Counted from the stretch's first letter, positions 47,543-55,760 are shown. The stretch: 64,000 nt of DNA from Clostridia bacterium (GCA_017560225.1 JAFYOJ010000191.1:3455-67454), one strand, 5' to 3'. Notes: generated by a model not told the origin, from the sequence alone. Numbers and translations are program-made.

Positions 47543-48274
47543 ATGCCATACGTGATTATTACCGGCGCGTCCCGTGGAATCGGCGCCGCCACCGCAAAAG
47601 TTTTTGCCCAAAATGGTTATGATATTGTATTAAACTATTGCCATTCCCAACAAAAAGCAGAGGAATTGGCGGCTTTCTTACGGAAAGAATACCACGTACA
47701 AGTCCTGCCTATGCAGGCGGACGTGTCCAATCCCAAAGAAGCCGAAACGTTCATTCGCTCCGCCATGGTGGTATGGGGTACCCCTTCGGTACTGGTCAAC
47801 AACGCCGGGATTGCTCAACAAAAACTGTTTACCGATATTACTTGGGAAGAGTCCCAAAAAAAGATGGATACCAATGCCGGCAGCGTATTTTCCTGTTGCA
47901 AAGCAGTGCTTCCCGCTATGATTCACGTCAAGAAGGGCGCCATTGTAAACGTGTCTTCTATGTGGGGCGTCGCCGGCGCCTCTTGCGAAGTCCATTACAG
48001 TGCGTCCAAAGCCGCCGTGATCGGTCTTACCAAGGCCCTCGCCAAAGAAGTGGGCCCCTCCGGCATTACCGTAAACTGTGTAGCCCCCGGCGTCATTGAT
48101 ACAGATATGAACGGGATCCTCTCCCAAGAAACATTAAACGGCCTTGCAGACGAAACGCCGCTCAGCCGTTTAGGTACACCGGAAGATATTGCCCGGGCAA
48201 TTTATTTCTTGGCATCCGCCGATGCCGCTTTCATTACCGGTCAGGTATTAACCGTGGACGGAGGCATTCTTTAA
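47543..48274 (+). CDS. SDR family oxidoreductase (FabG-like 3-oxoacyl-ACP reductase type).
   Basis: The motifs TGASRGIGAA and YSASKAA and the NNAG block are present. The RBS is AAAGGAGG. Confidence 0.85.
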   Translation: MPYVIITGASRGIGAATAKVFAQNGYDIVLNYCHSQQKAEELAAFLRKEYHVQVLPMQADVSNPKEAETFIRSAMVVWGTPSVLVNNAGIAQQKLFTDITWEESQKKMDTNAGSVFSCCKAVLPAMIHVKKGAIVNVSSMWGVAGASCEVHYSASKAAVIGLTKALAKEVGPSGITVNCVAPGVIDTDMNGILSQETLNGLADETPLSRLGTPEDIARAIYFLASADAAFITGQVLTVDGGIL

Positions 48275-48754
48275 TTCCTCCATCTTGGCAGCTACAATGC
48301 CTGCCGCTTCATACACCAACTCACTGCAAGGACGCTTCTTATAGAATTGAGGCGTCCTTTCTGATGCGTTAGAAGGAACTGTATCCTTCGCCGCTCCCGG
48401 ATTCTCCGACAGCGCCAGCAATTCTCTGCAGATGATACTGCCGTTCATCTGACGGAAATCTGCACAAACCGCTTGTACGTGGGCATAATTCTCCATTTTA
48501 CCTGCCTGATTAGAAGGATCGGAAGAACCGCTGAATAGCCCCAGTGTGAGTGCCATACCGGAAACTGCGCCGCACACTTCCCGCAGGCGTCCGAAACCGC
48601 CACCGAAGGATGCAGACAGGCGAAGTGCCGTATCCAAATCCATGCCGAAATCTTCTGCAAAGGCACCAAACACCGCCTGGCAGCAGTTAAGACCGCTTTC
48701 AAACAGCTCTTTCGCCTTTACCTTTTTTGCTTCAATATATGCCGTATCCATCAT
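48248..48754 (-). CDS. C_GCAxxG_C_C family protein.
   Basis: The sequence LNCCQAVFGAF...REVCGAVSGM carries the family-defining Cys motifs. Its 3' end overlaps the convergent SDR gene by 27 nt. Confidence 0.75.
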   Translation of the reverse strand: MMDTAYIEAKKVKAKELFESGLNCCQAVFGAFAEDFGMDLDTALRLSASFGGGFGRLREVCGAVSGMALTLGLFSGSSDPSNQAGKMENYAHVQAVCADFRQMNGSIICRELLALSENPGAAKDTVPSNASERTPQFYKKRPCSELVYEAAGIVAAKMEELKNASVHG

Positions 48755-49572
48755 AACTTCTCAATCTTGTCCATCATATTGGTGAGCCAGTCCCCTTCAA
48801 AGAGTTCAATGAGACCCTTGTCGCAGGCGCCTGCCAATTTGGAGTCCATAGGCAGTCTTGAAATTTCGGAAATGCCGTACTGGGCAGCCACTTCTTCTAA
48901 ATGGCTCTCTCCGAATACTGCAATCTTCTTGCCGCAGTCGGGACAAGTTACGTAGCTCATATTCTCCACAATGCCCAAAATGGGGATATTCATCATTTGC
49001 GCCATTTTCACGGCTTTGCCCACGATCATAGACACCAATTCTTGGGGGCTGGTGACGATGACGATACCGTCTACCGGCAAGGACTGGAAGACAGTCAAGG
49101 GGACGTCACCGGTTCCGGGCGGCATATCCACAAACATATAGTCTACGTCGGACCAAATGACGTCGGTCCAGAACTGCTTTACGGTACCTGCAATGACGGG
49201 GCCTCTCCATACAACGGGATCGGTTTCGTCTTCTAATAAAAGGTTAATGGACATGACGTCAATGCCGGTCTTGGTCTTCACCGGGAAGATTCCTGCATCG
49301 CTGCCGGTGGCTTTCTCCGTAAGGCCGAAGGCTTTAGGGATAGACGGTCCCGTAATATCTGCATCTAAAATGGCGGTCTTATAGCCTGCTCTTTGTGCCG
49401 ATACGGCTAAAAGCGAAGTGACCATAGATTTACCTACGCCGCCTTTACCGGATACAACACCGATTACTTTCTTAATTTTACTGAGTTCGTTGGGTTTCTC
49501 TCGGAAATCCTGGGGAGCTTTCCGCTCGCCGCAGCTCTGTCCGCAAGAGGAACAATCGTGATTACATCCCAC
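48751..49572 (-). CDS. Mrp/NBP35 (ApbC-like) Fe-S cluster carrier ATPase with an N-terminal Cys cluster.
   Basis: The deviant Walker A motif SGKGGVGKS is present. The N-terminus has CNHDCSSCGQSC. The start was chosen at GTG 49572 after AAAGGAGA. Confidence 0.8.
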   Translation of the reverse strand: MGCNHDCSSCGQSCGERKAPQDFREKPNELSKIKKVIGVVSGKGGVGKSMVTSLLAVSAQRAGYKTAILDADITGPSIPKAFGLTEKATGSDAGIFPVKTKTGIDVMSINLLLEDETDPVVWRGPVIAGTVKQFWTDVIWSDVDYMFVDMPPGTGDVPLTVFQSLPVDGIVIVTSPQELVSMIVGKAVKMAQMMNIPILGIVENMSYVTCPDCGKKIAVFGESHLEEVAAQYGISEISRLPMDSKLAGACDKGLIELFEGDWLTNMMDKIEKL

Positions 49573-49832
49573 GCTGATACATCTCCTTTTGGTATAATAG
49601 CGCCTGTGCGCTGTGGTTATCTTACTACATTTTACCCCAAAAATAAACACCTTTTGAAATTAAGGTTTTTTTGTGTTATTTATGACCAATTTTTGACAAA
49701 TTTGTATTATATAATGAAATTTAATTGGGGACGGCGACTCTTCCGAATGCTGTTTGTTCTTTTTCCCGACGTATTAGACGACGCAACGATGTTGGTGCCT
49801 TCGGAAGAACCGCAATATTATTAAGTTCAGGA

Positions 49833-49862
49833 TGCATAGAAGGTATGCATCTTGTTTTTTTG
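49833..49862 (+). terminator. Terminator-like hairpin upstream of hpf.
   Basis: The sequence GATGCATA-gaagg-TATGCATC followed by TTGTTTTTTT overlaps the -35 region of the predicted hpf promoter. Confidence 0.4.
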
Positions 49863-49885
49863 CGCAAATTGTGGTATACTATAGC
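49849..49885 (+). promoter_or_regulatory. Candidate hpf promoter.
   Basis: The plus strand reads TTGTTT, a 17-nt spacer, then TATACT with TG at the extended -10 position (TGgTATACT). It lies about 30 nt upstream of the hpf start. Confidence 0.4.
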
Positions 49886-49918
49886 CATCAGAAAAACTAC
49901 ACATGAGGAGGAATGGTT

Positions 49919-50458
49919 ATGCTAGTAAAGTTTAACGTAAAGGATTCCCAGATCCCCGAGAAGACGATGGAACAGATGGAGAAGAAGCTCCAGGCACGGT
50001 TTCACCGTTATTTTGCCGATGAGCCCGAGAACAAGACAACAGTGTTGGTAAAGATTGCCGATTTGAAACACGGTTTCAAGGCAGAGTTGACACTTTCTTA
50101 TCAGGGCTATCTGCTCAGGGCAGAAACCTCCGACGACAAGGCAGCAACGGCTGCTTTAGACAAAGCCATCGACATTTTGGAGCGTCAGTTGGTGAAGTGC
50201 AAGAACAAATTGGCACAGGTACGTCATCAGCCCATTCCGGAGGCAGCAGGCACACCCGCAATCGAGGAAGAGCCCGCCGAGTATCCGGTTGTTCGGGTAA
50301 AAAGGTTAGAAGTCAAACCCATGAATGTCCAAGAAGCTATCTTGAATATGAATATGTTAGGCCACGACTTCTATATGTTTGAGAATGGCGACTCCGGCAA
50401 GATTGCCACCGTTTACAAACGGGCTGACGGCGCTTACGGCTTGATTGAAATTGAATAA
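49919..50458 (+). CDS. hpf: Ribosome hibernation promoting factor, long form (HPF/RaiA).
   Basis: The product starts MLVKFNVKDSQIPEKTMEQMEKKLQARFHRYF (RaiA domain). The C-terminal dimerisation domain reads YPVVRVKRLEVKPMNVQEAILNMNMLGHDFYMFENGDSGK. The RBS is GAGGAGGA. Confidence 0.9.
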   Translation: MLVKFNVKDSQIPEKTMEQMEKKLQARFHRYFADEPENKTTVLVKIADLKHGFKAELTLSYQGYLLRAETSDDKAATAALDKAIDILERQLVKCKNKLAQVRHQPIPEAAGTPAIEEEPAEYPVVRVKRLEVKPMNVQEAILNMNMLGHDFYMFENGDSGKIATVYKRADGAYGLIEIE

Positions 50459-50471
50459 AGAATAAGATGAA

Positions 50472-50498
50472 GAGCCGCCTCGCAAGGGGCGGCTTTTT
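50472..50498 (+). terminator. Rho-independent terminator of hpf.
   Basis: The sequence AGCCGCC-tcgcaagg-GGCGGCT is followed by TTTTTG. Confidence 0.7.
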
Positions 50499-50504
50499 GA
50501 TTAG

Positions 50505-50710
50505 GTCGAAAAAGTACTAAACTCAGTGTTTCACGACCTGCTCCAGGTCGTAAAAAGCACCCAAAGCCATATATACGACCCGTATAATCCGGTAAATATA
50601 GCATTTCAGCGAAATTTAACCAATAGTGCGGGTCGTACATGGACAAAACAGCGTCAATTACGACCTGTCAGAGGTCGTGAAACAGTGAAATAATCAAAAT
50701 TATGACCTCT
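50505..50710. repeat. Nested palindromic element of about 200 nt built from ACGACCTG / CAGGTCGT hairpin units. It may be REP- or MITE-like, or a structured ncRNA.
   Basis: About eight copies of the GGTCG/CGACC core occur. Hairpins are seen at 50529-50553 (ACGACCTG-ctc-CAGGTCGT) and 50658-50682 (ACGACCT-gtcag-AGGTCGT). A long-range stem pairs TACGACCCG at 50573 with CGGGTCGTA at 50628. Outer inverted flanks are GTTTCACGACC and GGTCGTGAAAC. Confidence 0.4.
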
Positions 50711-50719
50711 CCCACTGAA

Positions 50720-50763
50720 AAAATACAAAAAGGGGCGGTTTCTAAAGAAACAACCCCTTTTTT
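50720..50763. terminator. Bidirectional terminator. It serves the minus-strand beta-helix gene.
   Basis: The hairpin GGGGCGGTTTC-taaa-GAAACAACCCC is flanked by A-runs on the 5' side and T-runs on the 3' side. Confidence 0.5.
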
Positions 50764-50790
50764 GATTAGTTTCCAATGGATCCAGCGTCT

Positions 50791-52704
50791 TTACTGCGCT
50801 TGAATTTTGAAGACGCCCGCCTGCGCATCCCAATAGGTTTCGTAACCTTCATTTTGACAAATCAGCTTTGTTTCGTCCCCTTCGGTATACGTATAACCGG
50901 TCACCGGCTTTAAGTTAAAGGCACTAAAGTTCTCACCTTCCGTTACATAGAATTTAAACGCACCGAAAGAAGCTCCAAGATTTGCAGTATTGTGGCCGGT
51001 ACCTAAATCAAAGTACACAATACCACGAATACCCTCTCCACCAATAGTGGGCGTAAGTCCACCTTGAATGAAGATGTTGTCATCAAGCTGACCGCCGGAA
51101 ATATTTACATTAGGATTCCAGCCATAGACACCGGTCCATCTTTCTTCGGTTGCGCTCACATTTCCGTAAATCTTACCACCGCTCATATTAAACTTCGTAT
51201 AGTTGGAAATACGGAAAGCGCCACAAGATTCAGTTGCTACATTTTCAAAAATCTCCACATTTCCACCAACATTGACGGTAGAACCATCGCCCGTATAGAG
51301 TACACCACCTACCGATGCACTATTTCCATAAATCTTACCGCCGTTGAAATTATAGACGGAAGCACCATATCCCCAAATCACACCGCCGGCAGTAGTTGCT
51401 TTGTTATAACTGATTTCACCACCATTTACAGTGAAATTACAGCTACTTACCATACGAATAGCACCTGCGCTGGCCGTAGAAGAATTATAACGAATTGATC
51501 CCGCATTGAGCGTAATATGTCCACCGCCATAAATAGCTCCGCTACCGGAATTATTATTGATAATGTGGCCACCCTCTAACGTGAGCGTAGCACCGATTCG
51601 TGTACCCATATTTACCGCATGGGCACCGTCGTTATTTTGAAGCACTGCCCCTTCGCCAAGAATCAAATGGCTGTTGGCATTCAAAACAACAAGTGCGCCG
51701 GTTGCAGTAAGGCCGGTATTCTCCATGCCACGATTTAAAACAGCATCAATCTCACCACTCCAAATAGCACCACCATCGACCACGATGTTCTCCAAGGTTA
51801 AGGTCGCGCCGGCTTCAACGCTAAAGACTTCCGCAAGATGGGCGGTTGTCGTAGTTCTGGCTGAAAAAGTAGTGGCAGGCGTTTGTCGCATAAGCGCGAA
51901 ACCCGCACCGTCAATATTGACATCGTAATCAACTACAATCTTTTCTTCCACAGGGAAGTTCGCCGTGAAAAGAATATTCTCTTCTTGGTTTTGAAGTGCC
52001 GCCTTTAACTCACGGGCATTGGCAACAGGCGCAAAATTAAGCGGTGCATTGACGTCATATTGATCATCAAATCCATCACTTTCTCCGGTAGCTTGGGACG
52101 CCACAATTTTAATATCAAAAATACCACCCAAAGAAAGACCTTGGTATTCATTTCCCGCAGATTCACGCATCTTCAGCGCAATACCCAGATACGCTTTCTC
52201 GCCGGCCTTCAGCGTACCCTTGGTGGTTTCTTCAATGCTATTGATAAATTCTGCTAACGTTCCAACCTGCGTATACCCGTTCAGTGTACGATCCGCAGGA
52301 TATGTAACCGTAGCATCATCTTCAAGAACACCATAGTTCAGCACATACACATCAATTGCATCGGCAAGGATAGACAACGCATCTTCAGACACAAACTTTG
52401 CCATCCACTTTAAATTCAAATCGCCCTCGTTCTCAATGCGAAGAATCTTCACATCTGTATATCCGGGTTCCCATTTATCGTTGTTAAAGAGCGCATTCTT
52501 ATCTTGCTTCAAAGAAGACCATGAACCGTCTTTGTTCAAAAGCTCCAGATCCACAACAAAATTACCCGATTCAATCTTATTGCCGGAAGACGTCACCGTA
52601 TCCGTAAACCAAGCAAATGTATTTCCCACAAGGAGAAGAATACACATGAGAATCGCGAATAAACTTAAATACAGTGCTTGCTTGTTTGTTGCTCGTTTCG
52701 TCAT
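50791..52704 (-). CDS. Secreted protein with a SipW-cognate (TasA/camelysin-class) signal peptide and N-domain fused to a long right-handed parallel beta-helix.
   Basis: The N-terminus MTKRATNKQALYLSLFAILMCILLLVGNTFAWFTDTVTSSGNKIESGNFVVDLEL matches the SipW-cognate signal (A[WY]FTD...N.F..G..[VL]DL). Residues about 40-220 resemble the TasA/camelysin beta-sandwich. Residues about 260-560 carry G/N/S/T-rich about 22-residue beta-helix coils (GGAIWSG, GGHIINNNSGSGAIYGGGHITL, GGEISYNKATTAGGVIWGYG...). The RBS is TAGGAGG. Confidence 0.7.
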   Translation of the reverse strand: MTKRATNKQALYLSLFAILMCILLLVGNTFAWFTDTVTSSGNKIESGNFVVDLELLNKDGSWSSLKQDKNALFNNDKWEPGYTDVKILRIENEGDLNLKWMAKFVSEDALSILADAIDVYVLNYGVLEDDATVTYPADRTLNGYTQVGTLAEFINSIEETTKGTLKAGEKAYLGIALKMRESAGNEYQGLSLGGIFDIKIVASQATGESDGFDDQYDVNAPLNFAPVANARELKAALQNQEENILFTANFPVEEKIVVDYDVNIDGAGFALMRQTPATTFSARTTTTAHLAEVFSVEAGATLTLENIVVDGGAIWSGEIDAVLNRGMENTGLTATGALVVLNANSHLILGEGAVLQNNDGAHAVNMGTRIGATLTLEGGHIINNNSGSGAIYGGGHITLNAGSIRYNSSTASAGAIRMVSSCNFTVNGGEISYNKATTAGGVIWGYGASVYNFNGGKIYGNSASVGGVLYTGDGSTVNVGGNVEIFENVATESCGAFRISNYTKFNMSGGKIYGNVSATEERWTGVYGWNPNVNISGGQLDDNIFIQGGLTPTIGGEGIRGIVYFDLGTGHNTANLGASFGAFKFYVTEGENFSAFNLKPVTGYTYTEGDETKLICQNEGYETYWDAQAGVFKIQAQ

Positions 52705-52730
52705 TTTATAACCTCCTATAAATAAACCCT

Positions 52731-53528
52731 TTATAATTTCTTACGAATATAAACAATTTCCTTTTGCGTTTTGTGTTGTGGTTTCTTAGAAACTTTGACA
52801 CGATGGCACTTCTTATTATATAAAACAATTTTTGTTTTAGAACGGTTGGGCATCAAGACTTGATTCTGCCGATTTAACGCCAATTGTTTCTCTTCAAGCT
52901 GCGCCTTTAAGATACGCAATTCCTCCACCAATTGGTCATTGGAAGCCCGCTCCGCCTCCATTTCTTTCAAGGCTTCTTTCTTGGATTTGCGAAGAACCAC
53001 AAAGAAATTGATAATTTCATAGAGTACAACCAGCATTATGGGGGTGAAAATACAAAGGAAAAATCCTTGGGTCGTTTTTAAGAAATTAAAAACCGCACCA
53101 AGGCCTGCAATATGAAACTCATATTTTCCAAGAATATCTTGATATAACACAATTCCCGCATCGTCTGCATTCGTGGATGTACCATAGGTGATAAAACCTT
53201 TATTTCCGTTTGCATCCGTAGCTAAACTTCTAATTTTATGGGTCAGTGTTTCATCGAGGCTATTCTCATCCTTTGAAATAAAGGTAATAATATCTCCCGG
53301 TTTTAACGTATCTAAATCAACCGCCTTCACAAAGATCAGGTCACCTGATTTAAAATCTGTTTTCTCCATAGAGTCAGAATTAACAATAAAAATTTTATAT
53401 CCAAAAAGAGTACGATCGTTACGATTTAAGGTTGTCAAAGAAAATACGGTAAAAACAGTCATGGTAACCGCACCAAGTACAACAAGCCAGACCAATATCG
53501 TTTTAACAATATCAAAGGCTTTTCTCAC
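52731..53528 (-). CDS. sipW: Signal peptidase I, ER/archaeal type (SipW-like, S26B) with a C-terminal coiled-coil plus basic extension.
   Basis: The sequence IVNSDSMEKTDFKSGDLIFVKAV contains the SxSMxP S26B motif. A conserved His is present (LTHKIRSL) and there is a C-terminal transmembrane segment. An extra tail of about 100 aa follows (KKEALKEMEAERASNDQLVEELRILKAQLEEKQLALNRQ..KKCHRVKVSKKPQHKTQKEIVYIRKKL). The start was chosen at GTG 53528 after GAGGA. TTG 53573 is the alternative. Confidence 0.75.
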   Translation of the reverse strand: MRKAFDIVKTILVWLVVLGAVTMTVFTVFSLTTLNRNDRTLFGYKIFIVNSDSMEKTDFKSGDLIFVKAVDLDTLKPGDIITFISKDENSLDETLTHKIRSLATDANGNKGFITYGTSTNADDAGIVLYQDILGKYEFHIAGLGAVFNFLKTTQGFFLCIFTPIMLVVLYEIINFFVVLRKSKKEALKEMEAERASNDQLVEELRILKAQLEEKQLALNRQNQVLMPNRSKTKIVLYNKKCHRVKVSKKPQHKTQKEIVYIRKKL

Positions 53529-53637
53529 AACAACTCGTCCTCGTTTCCTTAAAAATTTCTGTCCAAACAACAAAAAACCAATCTCGAATTATTATATCAT
53601 AACTCTCGATTGGTTTCAATAAACTATCAAAATTCCC

Positions 53638-55398
53638 TTACTTATGTTCCAGCTTATACCGCTTAATCTTGTGGGTGGTGGTCTTCTCAAACTCTTCCAT
53701 TCGAAGCTCCATCCGCTTGATACGCTTGTAGGTCACCAGATCCTTATTGATCTTCTTAACCTCATCCCACAGCATCTTCTCCATCACTTCCGTAGAAGGA
53801 TCTTCGATGCCCGCCTCTTTGAAGCCATCTAAATTCGGCACGATGGTCACGCAAATATCCGTGTCGGCTTCCATACCGCCGTCATCGCCCCAAACAACGC
53901 TTTCCTTAACAAAAGGCACTTTGTTGATCAGCGCTTCCAACTCCTCGGGGAAGATGTTCTTTCCCGTCTTGGTTACGATCAAATTCTTAATACGACCTGT
54001 GATGTGGAAGCAACCGTTTTTATCCATATAAGCCTGGTCGCCGGTCTTAAACCAACCGTCTTCCGTGAATACTGCCTTGGTCGCCTCTTCATTCTCATAG
54101 TAGCCAAGCATAATATTGTCGCCCTTCGCCAGAATCTCGCCGCGGCCCTCTTCATCCATATCGCCCAACTTAATCTCAATACCGGGCATTGCAGGACCAA
54201 CGGAAGCGTAATCATTCTTAATTTCCTGATTTACGCAAAGAATGGGAGAACACTCCGTAAGGCCGTACCCTTGGCGAATCTTAATACCCATCTTGGCAAG
54301 GTCTTTAGAAACCTTAGGGCTCATAGCAGCCGCGCCGGCAATCAGCAAACGGAGCTTACCGCCCAATGTCTGGTGAATCTGGGGGAACAATTTCTTGCCC
54401 GCATCAATGCCGAAGAAATTCAGCACACCGGAAAGGCCCAACAAGAATTTAAAACCAATATATTTCACCTTGCTGGACTTGGCACTCTTAATAATCTTGG
54501 CATGCACATTCTCAATAATCAAAGGCACCAACATAATAATGGTAGGCTGATATTCCTGAATGTTCTTACCGATATAACGAAGACCTTCACAGAAGGACAC
54601 ACAAGCGCCCATACGAACGGAAATCAAGAATGTACAGGAGCATTCGAAGGTGTGGTGGTTGGGTAAAATGGAAAGCATAGAATCTTCCGGGCCATGATCT
54701 AAGCACTGCACCACGCTGTTGATGTTGCTGCAAATATTCTTTTGAGAAAGCATAACGCCCTTCGCAACACCGGTAGTACCGGAGGTAAAGATCAACACCG
54801 CCAACTGCTCAGGATCAATCACAACGTTATCAAAACGCGTGTCGCCGCCCGCTAACAATTCCTTACCGCGAGCCAGCAAAGCACTCAAAGCCGTATGCTT
54901 CCGCACTTCCAATTCTTCACCCAAATCGTCCATACAAACACGATTGGTAATCTCCGGAATATCATCCAGAACTTGACTCAATCCCTTTCCGTAAATCTTA
55001 TCAGAATAAAGAATACCGGTAGAATGAGAAGCTGTCAGTACCATCTTCACTTCGTCTGCCTTAAGCTCTTTATCGACAGGCACAACAACGTGGCCGGCAC
55101 AAGTTACAGCCAAATAGGAAAGACACCATTCATAACGGCTGTCACCCATCACAGCAATGTGGGTGCGCTCCGGATACAAATCCATCAAGGCTGTGCCCAG
55201 CATACGAATTTCTTCCCAAAACTCATTGAAAGAAACGTGACGAAGGGTGTCGCCCTCTTTCCCCTTAATCTTCACTAAATAAGCATCCTTGGGACCTACG
55301 TGCTTCACGGTGGTCTGCACCAAATCTCTGAAATCTACCAACGGGGGCGCCTTTAAGTCAAACGCTTCCCAAACTTGTTCTTGTACTTTCTTTGCCAA
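53638..55398 (-). CDS. fadD: Long-chain fatty acid-CoA ligase (AMP-binding enzyme family).
   Basis: The AMP-binding motif IFTSGTTGVAKGVM and the GYGLTE and GDQAYMDKNG blocks are present. The start is TTG after GAGAGGA. Confidence 0.85.
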   Translation of the reverse strand: MAKKVQEQVWEAFDLKAPPLVDFRDLVQTTVKHVGPKDAYLVKIKGKEGDTLRHVSFNEFWEEIRMLGTALMDLYPERTHIAVMGDSRYEWCLSYLAVTCAGHVVVPVDKELKADEVKMVLTASHSTGILYSDKIYGKGLSQVLDDIPEITNRVCMDDLGEELEVRKHTALSALLARGKELLAGGDTRFDNVVIDPEQLAVLIFTSGTTGVAKGVMLSQKNICSNINSVVQCLDHGPEDSMLSILPNHHTFECSCTFLISVRMGACVSFCEGLRYIGKNIQEYQPTIIMLVPLIIENVHAKIIKSAKSSKVKYIGFKFLLGLSGVLNFFGIDAGKKLFPQIHQTLGGKLRLLIAGAAAMSPKVSKDLAKMGIKIRQGYGLTECSPILCVNQEIKNDYASVGPAMPGIEIKLGDMDEEGRGEILAKGDNIMLGYYENEEATKAVFTEDGWFKTGDQAYMDKNGCFHITGRIKNLIVTKTGKNIFPEELEALINKVPFVKESVVWGDDGGMEADTDICVTIVPNLDGFKEAGIEDPSTEVMEKMLWDEVKKINKDLVTYKRIKRMELRMEEFEKTTTHKIKRYKLEHK

Positions 55399-55517
55399 AT
55401 CAAGTCATCCTCTCTTGGTTTTTAGATTACAATTCTTTGCTATCATATATCAAAAACAAAGAAAAGTAAAGTTTGTCTCTGTGAACTTGTTGAATTATCA
55501 ACATCTCTACGGGCGCC

Positions 55518-55546
55518 ATTATACAATTAATGAGATTCCATGTCAA
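55518..55546 (-). promoter_or_regulatory. Consensus sigma-A promoter for fadD with a long leader (about 110 nt).
   Basis: The minus strand reads TTGACA, a 17-nt spacer, then TATAAT. The leader contains the inverted repeat TGTTGA-ATTA-TCAACA (55489-55504), a candidate operator. Confidence 0.55.
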
Positions 55547-55565
55547 CAACAAAATTTCTTTTTAC

Positions 55566-55610
55566 AAAAATGGGCGCAAAAGCTTTTTCATTCTCGCCTT
55601 GCGCCCAAAA
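55566..55610 (-). terminator. Rho-independent terminator of folD.
   Basis: The stem TGGGCGCAA / TTGCGCCCA (19-nt loop) is followed on the minus strand by TTTTTGTAAAAAG. The TGGGCGC motif recurs in both orientations across 55570-55740. Confidence 0.5.
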
Positions 55611-55760
55611 AATACACAAAAATTCATTAGCCCTGGAATTTTTCTGCTTTTTACTGCGAAATTTGGGCGTATGCGTCGAAAAACTCGCTCTGGCGCCCAA
55701 CCCGTGGGCGCAACCGCAACAAAAAACGACAGCACGCCCAAACAGACCAAATCAGCCTGC

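Noticed and set aside
49725-49835. 37-codon ORF (MKFNWGRRLFRMLFVLFPDVLDDATMLVPSEEPQYY) in the hpf upstream region.
   Set aside because: It has no RBS, and its ATG overlaps the candidate -10 element, so it would not be in the transcript. The region is treated as non-coding structured RNA instead.
54004-54666. 220-aa plus-strand ORF, and others at 54895..55278 and 55530..56489.
   Set aside because: They are antisense to the fadD and folD coding regions.
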